From contig JAYWIR010000053.1 of the NCBI GenBank assembly GCA_036172245.1, forward strand, positions 806,001-870,000: a stretch of DNA of 64,000 nt, in the 5' to 3' direction. Below, piece by piece: positions 50,791 to 63,895 of the stretch. The translations under genes were made by a program, and so were the position numbers. Below the pieces are notes generated by a model. The model saw nothing but the letters and a program-made list of their open reading frames with translations. It was not told the DNA's origin and did no database searches. Each line of letters begins with the position of its first letter. Within the stretch, counting starts at the first letter, position 1. This DNA is from Raillietiella orientalis (lineage: Eukaryota).

Positions 50791-52980
50791 GAGTGTATCA
50801 GCCCCTTCTGTTCTTTCATCTTCCTCTCCTTTTCTTTCCTTCCTCTCTCTCCACTACTTTTCTGATCTTAATTTCCTTTCTTAAATTTTTCCTTCTTCTT
50901 CTCATTTTTCCCGTTTTCCTTCCGGCTGTTCCCGACTGTGAACGGCTCGAAATCGTGCGGGTCGTAAGCCCGCGAGCTCACGTACGGCTGGTTCGGGAAG
51001 CATCTGGAAGGGCAGTGCATCTCGGGAGCTCCTCTGAAATTTATGGCTTGCAAATCTCCGGGTTCCACTGCCAACTCTCCCGCAGCCTGCATGCTGCCTC
51101 GTTTCGGAGTCGGGGGGGGGGAGGGGGGAGGGAAATCCACCTGCCACGCCTGTGCCGCAGGCTAGGTTCCTTCCGCTCGCCAGGATCGCAATACCATTCA
51201 CTCCCTCGGTCCGAGTTCGTCCGCTACAAGAGCCTTCGCTGGTGGGAGGGGAAGGGGAGGAGGCTCGCGCTTCCATCTGCAACGCGGATTTCCGAGTTGA
51301 AAACAGCAGGGGAGGCAAGCAGTGAAAGACTTTGGGGCTGTCCGCTTGCCCCCTGACGGTTGAGGTGATCGTAGTGTGGTGGCCATGTCGGTGCTGCGAA
51401 GAGGGCGAGCTGTCCGAGTCGGAGTTTGGCTCTGCGGCTGGGTGCTCTCGAAGGGTGGTCTCGTTTCACATTTGAGGCGGGCAACGTCCCGTCGAAGGAC
51501 GGCGCCAGAGGATCCGCGCGTCGCAGAGAAATGCGTCGCGTTCGCCAGCGGCCGCCCTGCGACGGGAGGGACATCGAGTTGGTCGCCGCTGACCCCAAGC
51601 AGAGGCCCTCCGAACCGATGGGAGACGTGCAGCGCGGGACTCCTCCGCACCGAGCGACCCGCCCCTTCTTCCACAGGCTGTACGAAAATTTCCGCTTCTG
51701 CGACGGGGGCAACCGTCTGGCGGCGCAAGGAGTGCGCACCGAAACAAAAAGACAAACGAACGAAAAAGCGAAGGAAGCAGGGATGAGAATGGGGCGAGGC
51801 AGATGCTGCGCATGGAAAGATTTGAAACGCAACATCCGTGACAGGTAGCCTCACGCTCGGGAAATGATGGAATTGAACGTTCCAGTCGAGCACGATCCAT
51901 TTCCAGATTCACTGCTGCACGTGCGGGGTGCCTGTGAAGAGGCGGAGGGAAGAACCCGGCACGAAATTCTCTCATAATCTTCTGGATGCTGTGGAAGTTT
52001 CCAGAGAGCTCACTGGCACGGTCCGTCCGTCCGGAGGCACCGGCAGGGGCTCGGTGCATCTATTCTTGGGCGCAACCGAACGATTTTGTTGGTGCTCACG
52101 GCATTGCCTGAGGAAGCCGAGCGTCAGCCATGCTCCGACATGGCGCCCCGCGCCTCCTGTGCGGCACCGAAGAATTCGTACCGCTGCTGCTGCGCTTCCG
52201 ATGCCCAGGGTGCGGGGTTTTGCTCCCTGCTGGGGCAATCAGCCTCCCTCTTGGAAGTGGAACCTCGTATTTCCTGCCGCCTGAGAAAGTCGAGTGCCTG
52301 GTGATGGAAGGCGGCCATGACTTGGGCTTTCCACTTCAGAAATGCTCCCAGAAGTACTTGGTCCTCTGCGCCATCTTCTCAACCTTCCGCTGGGAGTTGT
52401 CCTGTCAGACCATTACGCCCTTTAACACATTGTTGCTTGCCCTCAGGACAAGAGAAGACAGTTGCCGATCAACGGGTGGGAATTCCTCCGCACCATCGCA
52501 GGGGTGACCGAATTCCTGGAAGGCTGAAAGGCGAACGAGCTGGTGGACGACGACGCTCCTCGCTCCTGGCCGAACGGACTCCTTCGGCAGAGGAAGCTGT
52601 CAAGTGTATCCATGGAAGAACTCGCGATGCCTCCTTTGTGCACGAGCACTTCGGTGTTGCCTTTGAAGTCAGGCACCCTTTTTTCTCTGGGGCTTCGAGT
52701 GCGATCGGCGCAATCGAGGGAGCTGCATCCCCGCGTGTCCCAGGTGTGGGGAGATCCAATCGCTTCCGCGCCTGCTGGTGGACTGCTGTGTCGTCCGGGA
52801 AGTTTGACTTGACGGCGGAGGCTGTCTTCAGCGCTGCTGCACCATGCGGACGTCGCCATGGAATTGCTGTGGGACATTCTTCGCCCAGGGCTCACTGATG
52901 GCGACGAGATGCGCCATTGTGACGGTTGCGCCATTCGTTGGAGTCTCCGGCGTAGCGAAGGGAGGTCATTCGTACGGCAG
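50791..52980 (+). mobile_element. Decayed, internally deleted LINE (pyrimidine-rich leader, EN traces, C-terminal region)
   Basis: 52300-52900 aligns with the reverse complement of 46300-47060; FFHRLYEN and WKDLKRNIRD resemble EN and linker segments. Confidence 0.6.
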
Positions 52981-52999
52981 CCGCCTACATGAGGGACTG

Positions 53000-54450
53000 A
53001 ATCATCAATAGGAGGAAGTCGGTGGCGGAGGTCGCCGCTGAATCGAAAGGAGCTTGCAGTGCCTAAGATCCCTGTCCTCTTCTTCCTCCTTCCTTGACGT
53101 CTTCCTTTCCCACCCGCTCCGGATGGCTTCCGGAAACGACCTTCGTGTCAGAGGACTGCTTCCACGAACTTTTTTCATGGGCTGCACCCCCAATTCGCTT
53201 GTTTATTTGCTATGTCGAAGAAGCGCTCCGACTAAAAGCCATGCTGCAGGCAAAGATCGAGGAAGCGCTACTCGCGTCGTTCAGTCTTAAGAACTACAAG
53301 CTGTTTGCCGCTGAAACAGGAGAACGGTGCTCTCTGAGTCGAACGGTGCTCTTAAATCTTGACCGACTTCACTCGATGCAAGACGGCCTGCTGAATCCTT
53401 CAGCGCTGTGCACACACCGCAGCCTCAGTCCATGCTTCATCCCTATGTCCAATTTCGGTTGCTTTCCTTTTCTTTTGCGTATCAGCCTGCCTTCATGTTC
53501 CTCTGCAATCGTCGATAGCCAGGTCATCCTTGGCTGCCTTCCGGATCTCATCCTCATGATGCTCATCGCTCATCGTATGACACCTCATCAGGACCTTTAA
53601 TTCACTTTGTCGACGAACATCCTGTCTTCGGGAAGCACCCTCTCTTAATTTGATATGCCCTCAGATTTGCATTTTAGTGGAAGTGTCCGTTCTTCTTTTT
53701 GGCATCTCTCTGTCTCCTTTCCCTGATTCTTGAGGTCCACTTGGCTGCTGTGGATGCTTTGGAGGCATCCGAACGTTCTTAGCATGAAATGACTCTGCAA
53801 GCATTCCTTGCGAGTCTTCTTGTCTAGAATTTAATGAAATTCATAAGCTCATGCGTAACGGCGACCTTGGTGCTGACGCTTACATGGGGACTCTTTCTTT
53901 CTTTCCTCTTTTTTTTTCTGGAAGGAATCTTTTTCATTAGGCCTCGGTCCGCCACGCGGTCGGGAAGTGGGTAGCTCTGCCTGAGGATGACAGGAAAGTG
54001 TCCCCTTCAACTGTCTCCGGCGGGGAGAGGGACGTCACCTTGACGTCTACCTCCTTCAACCGAACCCACTTGTGCGGGTCCGCTCTGCGTCAGGTCAGCA
54101 GGAGACCCCGTTTCGTTTGGCGTTCTTACAGTGGCTTCCCCACTGGCTGACCATGTGGCACTGCACGCAGTGAGCGCTGCTGGCGTTGTCCTCCCGTTCA
54201 GGGGCTGCTGAACCGCATTCTCGTGTGGTGCGCGTGGACTTCGGGGCGTTCCCGGAGTACCTCCCGATGGTCAGGTCGTACGAGCAGAGGCGACCTCGGA
54301 CTCTGGGCTCCGAGGAGTACTGGGTTCTGTTTGAGCACTCCATCATCCACTGCGGCAGTATGTTGGCATGTCCCCCAACTCACTCGAATGTAGAGGTTCG
54401 AAGCGAAGGAGTATGGAAGCAATCAATGGGAATGTAGGCGATCTCGATGG
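53000..54450 (-). pseudogene. LINE ORF1 remnant with a zinc knuckle
   Basis: CVQCHMVSQWGSHC (C-x2-C-x4-[H>Q]-x4-C, ~54128-54170), preceded by SYDLTIGRY. Confidence 0.55.
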
Positions 54451-55169
54451 TGCCAGAAACCATAAAGCGAAAAGGTGCAATCATTAAGAAGAAAAGCAAT
54501 TTTTTCTTCAATGGGCGCTCTCTGCTGTTGTGGTAGGGGCTCACAGCAACTAAGATTTGGCACGCTGTGCGGTGATACTAGTCAGCGTCCACGGCAGAGG
54601 CGCTGCCGGCCCTGTGAGAAAGAATGCTTTGGAAGCGAATGCGACACCCTCAGCCTTGGTGGGCACTGCGAATCCGCCAATGCCGAATTCTACTTGCCAG
54701 CATCCAAATTTTCAGCCACATCTCTCCTGCTCCCGGAGTATAGTCCTCATTACCCAACAGCAGCAGATGCAGCCCGAATGAAGTCGATTCCTTCTCGTAA
54801 GCGTGGCGTGTGCGGGGCAGACCTCCGCTCACTTCGGCGGGAAACAGCAGAACCAAGCACGCAAGAAGAACGCGTGGAGGGAGAGTGGTTCAATGCGCAG
54901 CATGCGTTCAGTGCCTCTCCCTTCCTCGTGAGGGGAGGATTCTTCCAAAGCGTTCAAAGACGACTCAAACTCCGAGGCGCAGGGAGTCTTCCTCTGTGCC
55001 AGAGCCCGGGATCGATCCCCCACCTTCCTGTCGCAGAGCACCTTCACCGGAGAAAGCACCGCTCTCTTCGGCCTGCGGCTTGCGCCGCAGAGACATAGGA
55101 ACGACCTTGGGAAGGTTCAGGTATGGAGGGAGCATCGGAAGCTCCCCAAAAGAAATAGAAGTCTACTCC

Positions 55170-56900
55170 TCGTCATGAAGCTGAACACCTGCAGCACCTA
55201 CACTGGTAACGCATCGCGGTCCACCACCTACCTGCCAGGCTGAATTGGGAAGAGCGCTCAAACCCGATGGCGAAGATCGATGCACGACGGTCCTGCCAAC
55301 CGAAGATGGAAATCCTTCTGGGTGTCTCTGTTTTCTCTGCTTCCCTTTCTGCTTTTTCTTTGGTTCCCAAGGAGTGCTGAAGAACCGTCCACCTCCTCAG
55401 GGATTACTCACAAAGCTCTTTAACGCTGTCAACGCCACCTGAGGATGCATGTGACGCTTCAAGTTATAGGGAACAACCCCGTAGGGACCTCCCTATAAAT
55501 TAAGGATGGCTCTAGAAGAAGGAGTCCGTTGCTCTCACATTTGGGAGGGAATCGGTTTGTCTCTGAAGGAAACTCCAAGGCACCCTCTTCCTTGTTTTCC
55601 TCGGAGGGGTCGCCCGGAGTGAGTCTCTCCTCGATTCTCCTCCGGAAGGATCTGGCAAGGGAACTGCCTTCTTGTTTGCTCCTCTGGAGGGAACTCCGAG
55701 GAAATACTTCCAATTTTCTCTGGAGGGTGCTCCCCGAAGAATGCAGCGCTCTTCTTACACTTTGGAGAGGCAACCCCAGAAGAAGGCATCAGACGGCTTT
55801 GTGGTGCGGCTCCATCTCCACAAACAGAGGGGAACTCCCGAAGGGCTCATTGGTTTCTGGAAAGACCTCGGAAGGTCCACTTCCAATCCCGGAAGCCATT
55901 CAGCGGGTGTATCTGACCTTCATATAGTGCCACGTCCTAGACCAACCAGCGCCATCTTCCGGGGGGAACTATAAACCCAGGACACACACTTCATTTCTCG
56001 GCGACGACCCTTACCCCGGGCGGGATCCAAATCGACAACGCTCGGCCTCACACGCAGAGGCTGCAGCCGCATAGCTGCCAAGGCGAGCTCGGTGAAGCGG
56101 TGAAACGGTCTTCCAGGCCTAAAGCATCTCGAAGAGAGTGGCTGCTGCCACTTTCCCTTCCGCGTCAGTTCGTCCGCGCTTAGGATGAGCATCCTGCGTT
56201 CCCTTGGACCGCAGTTGGGTGACCCGATGCTGGCACGTGGCGGGGACACCGGATCCAGGGAAAAGCGATCTCCTAGCGCCACCGGGGTTTCCTCATCCGC
56301 GCGCCCGTTGCCAGGCATAGGAGGCTGCCTGAAGAACATAATCTTTCGCGCAACCTGGAATCTGAGGAAAACGAATCAACGCATCTCGGTCAATTACCCT
56401 CCATGCGTGTTGTCATAGAGATCACTGAATGGGAAACAAATGGTGAATTGGTATTATTTAAAGCCTGCACGTGACTCCCGCGAGAGCACCCCTTGAAGTC
56501 GCCTGGTCGGGCAATGCGCAGCCCGGGAACGCCCAATTACACTTCATCTTCCACGCTCTTCATTAATCTTCTCGGTGCCATATGTAAATCGTCTTAATGT
56601 CACGTCTACAAGTTCGAGAGCGTGGTCATTTGCGCTCGACTGTGCCTCTGGTGTACCTGGCTGAAAAATGAGGCTTCTTAATTCTACGTCGCCAATTTCC
56701 GAGAGGGACCGGAGGCCTTCTGACGAACTACCATCCATCATCTCCACTTCCAATCAAGCGTTCTACTGCTCTCCGGCACGATGATCGATCTTTAATCCGC
56801 GGGTCGCAGACTCCTTCAAGGAGAATGGCGCTTCCCTGGTATCCGAAGTGTGACGCTCCCCTGCCCGGGTAAAGAAAAAAAAATGGCTTGCTTAGCGCGC
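55170..56900 (+). mobile_element. Module B followed by an APE endonuclease remnant
   Basis: Module B at 55300-56150; IIFRATWNLRK at ~56340-56370 (APE start, ATWNxR); LLNSTSP..ERDR (~56680). Confidence 0.7.
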
Positions 56901-57399
56901 GTTGTGACCCAGTCCAGCCCTGAGGTCACCTTCTGCAGAAAGCGTGCGAGTCTCCGGGCTGGAAATGCCGCCCCATTTCATCCTCCGGCCCAGGAAAACG
57001 AAGGAAAAAAAAAGGAAAGCCAAGTTGTCAGCCTAAGAGGTACTGAGGACCTTGGCATCCACCCCTACGAAGAGAACCAGGTGAACTCGTTCGCACCTGC
57101 TCTTCCCTTTCGAGAACTGTGACTGCGAATGGGACACCTTGGAAACAGCTCCACCTAGGAATTCCTGGGGAATTCCTCTTTCTACTTCGGGGACTTTTGG
57201 ATTCTTCCAAACAGCTGGACGCAGCGGCGCTTTCTCCACCTCCTTCGCCTTCCTGCTCTCGCGCGGGGACATGCGGGGAACACACTTGCGGCTCTCTGCG
57301 ACCTCGCTCTCAGTTGGAACCTCTCGAAGTCGACGTGTGTATGGGGTGGTCTGGCCCCTAAAAGGGACTCAAACTGGAACCACTCAAACTCAAACCACT

Positions 57400-59350
57400 A
57401 AGTTCGTTCCTGAGGAAGAATTTCCTGTTTGAACTAGCTAATGGAGTCGTCTCCCGCTCTGCTAGGCAGAACGCTCGGAGGTATGCACGGAAGACCAGCC
57501 CCCAGGCAGCGAACTCCACCTGGAACTGGAAGGAGACGAGAGCAAAGTCTAGAAGGTTCTGCTCTCGCTGATTGCGTGCTCGACCTAGCTAGAGCCTCTG
57601 GTCTTCGACGAGCTGCAGACGTCATCTCCGCTGCATTTTGTATTCGGCCCAGGTGGGGTGGAGGAGCTAAAGGAGTGAGTCGGACTTCTTTCCGACGCAC
57701 CTCTTGAGCTCTCGTCTCATCAGCTAGCAACAACCTTCCTGTTTTCGGGACAGAGAGATCTTCGGGAACAATCAGGAAAAGCCTTGCCGGAAATTGTCTC
57801 TCCGATCTCGTGCTCTGGTTTCGGAGCGACCCGAGGCACTTTTTGAGGAAAGAAAAGCTGTTCAAGTTTCCAAGATCCTCATCTGCGACTCCTAAGCGTG
57901 CACAGATTTTCCTCACAGTGGCGACACCCCCTTAGGCAGAGCGAAGAGCTTGTCATCATAATCTCGTAGAAACACAAAAAGAAAAAAGTGAATGTCACGG
58001 AACTCTCAATGCCAGAAGCAGCTCGAATGGACCTGTGAAGAATATGCATGAGAAAGATGAAGATGCAGGTTTAGAAAGCCGATGCCAAGTATGCGGTGTC
58101 CCGAAGACCCGAAAGCAATCTTCTGTTTCTTTGCCTTCTCATGACCTCTGGTCCGAGATTGTGGAAAACGTATTCGTTCCGGATTCTTCGGCACCTCACC
58201 CATTAGATGAACATCCCACTTACCCGAGGCACTGGGTTTCACGCAAGAAGCGTACAGACTTCATCTTTCTTTCCACGGAACAGTCTTGGAGTAACTAATT
58301 AGATCTTCTAAGCTTCCAACGAGCTCTTCTGATAGCGGTCACTTTCTTCTACATTCCAGTTCTCGTCCTTGGGCATTCCTCAAGACCGCTTGCCTTTTTG
58401 GTCTCGGTGCGACTTCAGCAGCCACATTACTTGTGGTAAAAAGGTTGAGACCATAGATAATACCATGCGAGAAAGAAAATTAGTTGAGATTCCAAAGCAT
58501 CTTCAGGATCACGACGATGCGCATGAGACCGTGGACACCGTCCATCCCATTGAGGAGCACAGATGACTCCTGAGAAAAAAATAATGATGACGGATGTTCG
58601 ATTGCTCCCCTTCAACTTTCAACAGTCGTGCAGCCGTTTGCAGAGAAGCCGTCCCGCAGAATTCAATGCCCCTTGGTCATCGAGAACATGCGAATCTTCT
58701 TCCTTTGAACTTGCAGCCATAAGCAGCCCTCTTGAAGTGTTGCACTGCTTTAGCAGCCACACCAGCACAAGAACCTTTTGAATATCACAACTGCTCTCAC
58801 TCGGAATCGGTCAGAAGTCTCCTCGTTCGCATCAAATAGGATACAGAGGACAAAGTCCCTTCCATTTCCTTCTAATGGTGATAGCAACAATCTGAGGATG
58901 CAGGCATATTTGCAACGGAACTTCTCCCCTCTTTCGCTTCTCTGCATCTATAAGACTTTCAACCTTTCCCGCTACCATATCATCACATGGTCATCATCAG
59001 CATGATGTTCCGTGAGAGCACTGAGCTCAGGATTTGGTTTTCTTCCTCTGAAGAGGACAATGGAACTCGTGGGACCTATCGGAAGCTGAATGGTTGAGCG
59101 TTTTCCGAGGATCTCTTTTGTCCGTTGCTTAGCCTCTCTAGGGTGCAGCCGAAAAAAGAGAAAAGACTAAAATTCCTCTCGAGGTTCCTGCGAGTTGCGA
59201 CAGCACCTTTGAGGACTTTCATCTTTTCGCTGACTTCCTGCTAATTTTGATGACAGGTTCTTTTCCTCTTCGCCTCATTGTGCGTGAGGACCATGAACAA
59301 GAAAGGAAAACCAAAAAAAAAAAAAAAAAAGTGGGGAACAAAAAATTTCA
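57400..59350 (-). mobile_element. Possible very old LINE 5' UTR/ORF1 remnant
   Basis: T-rich leader on the minus strand and a weak knuckle-like segment (FGSSGHR, ~58100). The evidence is thin. Confidence 0.25.
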
Positions 59351-59899
59351 ATCAGCAGTGATAATAGCATGGAAACGAAAATTTAGGGGCTTCCGTTCTC
59401 TTCGGTTTAGGAAAACCTCATTTACAGGTTGACAGGATGAAGAAAAACTTCGCCCACTGATCGATGCCCCTCACGAAGAAAGAAGGCACGAAAAGGGGAC
59501 TTCGGCAGCGAAGATTTCGGGAACGCCTGACTTTGAATTCCAGTCCCACAAGCACACTATCCTGGGAACTTCGACTTCCCGCATTTCGTCACCCATTTCC
59601 GGGCCAGGAGGAACTGGTGGCGGCTGCAGAGAGAAGTGGACGCGCAGACGTGATGGCATGGGAAAGAAGAATCTTGATGGTGACTATGTGAGCATGTGAC
59701 GATTATGCCGTTCTAAGGTGTTACATCGTATAAATAGGCGATTCTTTATGGTGGGGGGAGACAGACGTAGAAAGCCTCTATAAGGGATTTGGAATGGGTT
59801 GAATGTTTGAAGTTTGAAGTCCGAAAAAATTCTGGTGCTTAGAGTCGTTGTCTTGCGGCTGACTTGGTTGAGGTGGAAGTGTTGCTATCTATTGATGGA

Positions 59900-62460
59900 G
59901 GGTTCTCAAAAGTATATGGCGTTTAGAAGCTGATTCCTGGCATCTTGGGGTTGCTTTGTTAACAAGAATGCCTAATAGAGTGCAGCTGCCATTTAGTGCT
60001 TGATTGCCAGAAGCCATGGCGGCACCCATGCCGGTATCAGCTTTAGTGCATTCGTCTACTTCGGTTACTGAGGGGGTTAATTTAACAGCTTAATGAGGTT
60101 GAGATGATAGATGATGGTGTAGTGTATCAATGTACACTGGCACCAGAGAGAAGTGGATATTGGTGTCGACAGAACGCACAGATCCTACACATTTGAAAGG
60201 AGATGGCTGCCTGAAAGAAATTTTCTCAACGCTGCGACTCTGAAAGCCTTTGAAATGTCCGAGTCCTGCTACCAGCTGGAGTCAGATCGACTCCTCCTGT
60301 CGAACGGAGAAGGGAGGACTTGAAACGAATGGCTATCTTGGCAGCCATCCGCTGGATGTTTCGATGGCACAAGTTTATATCAAAGGCCTCCAGCAGTGCG
60401 ATCCAAGTTCACCTCACTTTTTGATGAGAAACTGGGAGGAAGCTAGGGGTTCTTGATGAATCCAGGGAAAGGAGGATTCCTGGTAGAGTCTGCAGATGAG
60501 TCTGTGCTCGCATGACCATCAAATTTAGGCGCTTTCAAGGATTCCAATGTGCTTGCACTGGCGACCCACGTTGCCATAGCAATTTTCCGTTCCGTCACCA
60601 CGAAGGTCACTTCTCTCGTGGCTATGTAGCAGCAGGGAAGCGGCCCGAGACAAATCAATAAGCCGTCGCGTGCATGAATTGCATATTTCCTGGGAATGGT
60701 TGCTATGACTGAAAGGATGGCAATGGGGTCGCATTAATCATTCATCATCTAGCGTTTACAATACTTCAGAAACGCCAGGGGGATATTTCCCAGGACGCAG
60801 ATCCACAGAGACGAAACCTGCTAGCGCAGGCTCTGAACGTAGGATGTGGAGCTCCTTCCAAAGATGGCTCTTCTTGCCTTGAGCAGCCTGCCCGGGCTCC
60901 GAGCAGCGGCCAGCAAGCCAACTTGAGGAATTTCAGTACGGCAACAGGAAGTCAAGTCGACTTAATAATGTTTCCTCTCTCAAAGATGATTCGCGTTGGC
61001 AACCTCGTGGCTGCGGTCTCCGTGCGTGGCACCAAGAGCTGCGGGTTCGAATTTCGCCCGGAGAGAGGTCGACATCGAGAAATAGGGGTGTATCAGTGGG
61101 TTTCGATTCCTTCCCTCAAGATGAAGCTGCGGCACTGGCGGAAGCTGGATGCCCCCATTGAGCTGGCCGATATTGGAAGATCGATCTTCTGGGGTCCTCC
61201 CAGGAAGCCCAGAGGGAACCGCAAAGGATTTTGGGGTTCCCCTCCGGCTGTGAATATGGAGTCGCACCACTATTGCCTTCCTCTGGGGTTGTCTCTCCAG
61301 AGTGTGAATAAGGCTCTGCTCCCTCCATGGAGAGTTCTTCAGAGGAAGTCGGGAAGCGTCCCTTTGGGGTTTTCTTCAGAGGAGGAAACAGGGAGCGGCT
61401 CCCTTGTGGGTTCCCTCCGGAGAAGAAATGAGAAGTGATCTCTCTGGGAAGGTTCATCCGGAGATAGCCAGGGTGACGGCAACCGTCGGGGTTCCCCTGA
61501 GAGGCGTAAGAGGAACCGACTCCTCTCACCGGAGCCTTCCTGGATTCATAGGGTGCCTTCTAGCCGGAAGACAGGTTTTCCTTGATGCACCGACGGACAA
61601 TCCCAGTGACGTGTGGAAGCGCCTCTTCGTGAGCGATGCCCTTTCGCCTACCGCATCCCCAGCAATTATTTGCTGCCTACGTGGTATTGGGGCGGCCTGG
61701 GGATACGCGGGTGGAGGATGGTGCGACAGGGACGCCATCTGCTTCTCCCTGGACTTTCTGCGGACGGCAGCAAGATGCTCCCACCTGGGCATACTCGGAT
61801 GGAACTTGTGGGCATCCTCCAACACCCGGTGATCCCTTCCCTAACCCTCCCAATTTTTTTTGTATATTTTTTTGTGTTATTTTTATTTTCGTTTGCCCCT
61901 CCCCGCTCCGCTATCGAGGAGAGTCTCGCCGGCCTGCGTGCAGGTTACTCGGCAGGTTCCGGTCATTTTCAGACAATGTAGGGATGACCCTACACCTATA
62001 TGTTTATTTGTTTAAATAAACGTCCCGGCGTGACCAGATCATAAACCTAACTCGAAGGATCACACGTACCCTTGGATGATGTGGACAACCTCAAGGAGCT
62101 CTCCCCCTAAGAAGACTAACGGTTCCTGAGCACTCTTTGGGAACCAAACAAAAAAGATCTGGAAGGAAAGCAGCCAAACAGAAGAACCCAAAGGGATTTT
62201 CCACGATCGTAGGTCAATGGCAACGTTGAGTCGCTCCATGAGTCGCTACTGACCCTTTTTGTAAAAAAAAAAAAAAAACTTTGAAGCGGAGTGTGGATTT
62301 CCTGATCTTCCTCTTGGGGGGCGAGATGTCAACATAGGAAGGCTGTTGCCGGAGACGTTCCCAAAACCACGCCCAGCTCGAATTGCAGTGCAAGAGGATG
62401 AACTTTGGAAGAAGGGAGGGAGCGAAATCACTGAAGCCCAGCAACCGCTTTTCCTGCAGC
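59900..62460 (-). mobile_element. Module B plus a possible EN remnant, split by a LINE 3' fragment at ~61570-62046
   Basis: 61000-61560 and 62047-62210 align colinearly with 870-1440 and 1460-1625; KIAMATW at ~60570. Confidence 0.7.
61570..62046 (+). mobile_element. LINE 3' fragment nested in module B
   Basis: KRLFVSDALSPTAS..CCLRGI..FLRTAARCSHL; UTR closely similar to 40130-40314; AATAAA at 62015. Confidence 0.92.
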
Positions 62461-62479
62461 TGCAGCAACATTTTCAATT

Positions 62480-63895
62480 TATTAGGCTACGAAACCCTGG
62501 AAAGGAAATTCCATAGCAGAGGGAAACGAAGTCGCCTGTTTTTCCGGCTCCATTTTCTTGATCATCCCAAGCATTTTTTTTATTCTTTGTGGATCACTCG
62601 TCGCTTCCAGCAGTTTCAGGGAAACCGAGCGCGCCCGATGGGGAAACGGCGGTGCCTTCCCGCAATTTGCTATCACATATTGCCTACGTAATATGAAAAT
62701 AACCGATTGCCAGGAAGACCGCAACCCGTCCTCCTGACCACCTCCCGTGAATCCAGAGGAGCCACCGCTTCTCCTTGTGTCGCATAATCAGTTTATCGAT
62801 TCCTGTTTTCTTTCGCTGCACGGCATAGTTTCCGGGCGAATCCGCGTGCACGCCGTCGATCTTCGGATCCCGTCTGGAGTGGTTCCGGCTGTGGGTCGGG
62901 ATCGCTCTCGGTCGCGCCTGTGCATCGGACCAGCATTTCTTCTGGTGGGTCTGCAGGTTCGCGCGCCTCCATCGCCTTTCTCGGGCTTCGGCGAGCAGGG
63001 TGTAACGCTTGGAGTGGCATGGCGCTTCCGTCGCAGCTGCTCGACGCTCGGAGGGTCTCCCCAAAGAGCCCCCAAGCGATGTTTTCCGCGGCCCAGAGCG
63101 CTCCGTTCCTGAAACTCAGCCCTGAGGCACCCTGCGATGCGAAGTGCTTCCCTCAGAACCCATCGCCCGACTCCGAGCAAGACAGAGAGGGCTGCGCTGG
63201 CGACCGCGCGTCTGCACCAGACGCTGTGGGTTCGAATTTCGACCGGTGAAAGGCTGACTCCGAGAGATGGGGATGCATCGCTGTTTCGCGTCCTTCTTCC
63301 CCCACAGGATGGCTCTGGCAGCTGACGTGTTTAGGTGCGGCACTGGTTGAAATTGGACTTTACTGACCCTTGATGGAAAGTGACCCTGATGGTCGTGACT
63401 CGAAACTAACTTTCCGGGGTCCCTCCAGGAACCAAGGAGCTTCGAGTAGACTTCCAGTTGTAAAAATGGAGCCTACTTCGAGTAACAGTCGATGCCTCCC
63501 CAGAGTTCAAGAAGGCACGCTGCTCCCTTCGGGGCTATCTTCGGAGGGGGAAACCAGGAGCAGATTCTTTCCGGGGGATCTTTTCGGAGAATAAACAAGG
63601 AGCGACTTCCTCCTGGAGACCCCTCCAGAGAGAATGACAAAGAGGTCATCTCCGGGGTTCCCTTCGGAGGCAACATGGGTGAAGGGTTCCCGTCGGAGTC
63701 CCCTCCCAATGGTAAGAAAGGAACGGACTCCACTCCTTCCTCCGGAGCCTTCCTGGATTCGTAGGGTGGTCCCTCCGGGGTAATCCTCTATAAATTAAAC
63801 AGTTACACGGACCCTCTGGTGTCGTGGACAGTTTGTTGAAGACCTTTGTGACCCCTCTAAGGAGGCGAAAGGTTCTTCAGCACTTAGCGAGAAAA
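62480..63895 (-). mobile_element. Module B followed by an EN-like remnant
   Basis: 63200-63890 aligns with 880-1555; WFLEGPRKVSFESRP; downstream SGGRVAVFL (~62720) resembles the APE GVA motif. Confidence 0.75.

Noticed and set aside
61320..61530. CRISPR-like array
   Set aside because: The units are degenerate tandem repeats without unique spacers; the context is eukaryotic and has no cas genes.
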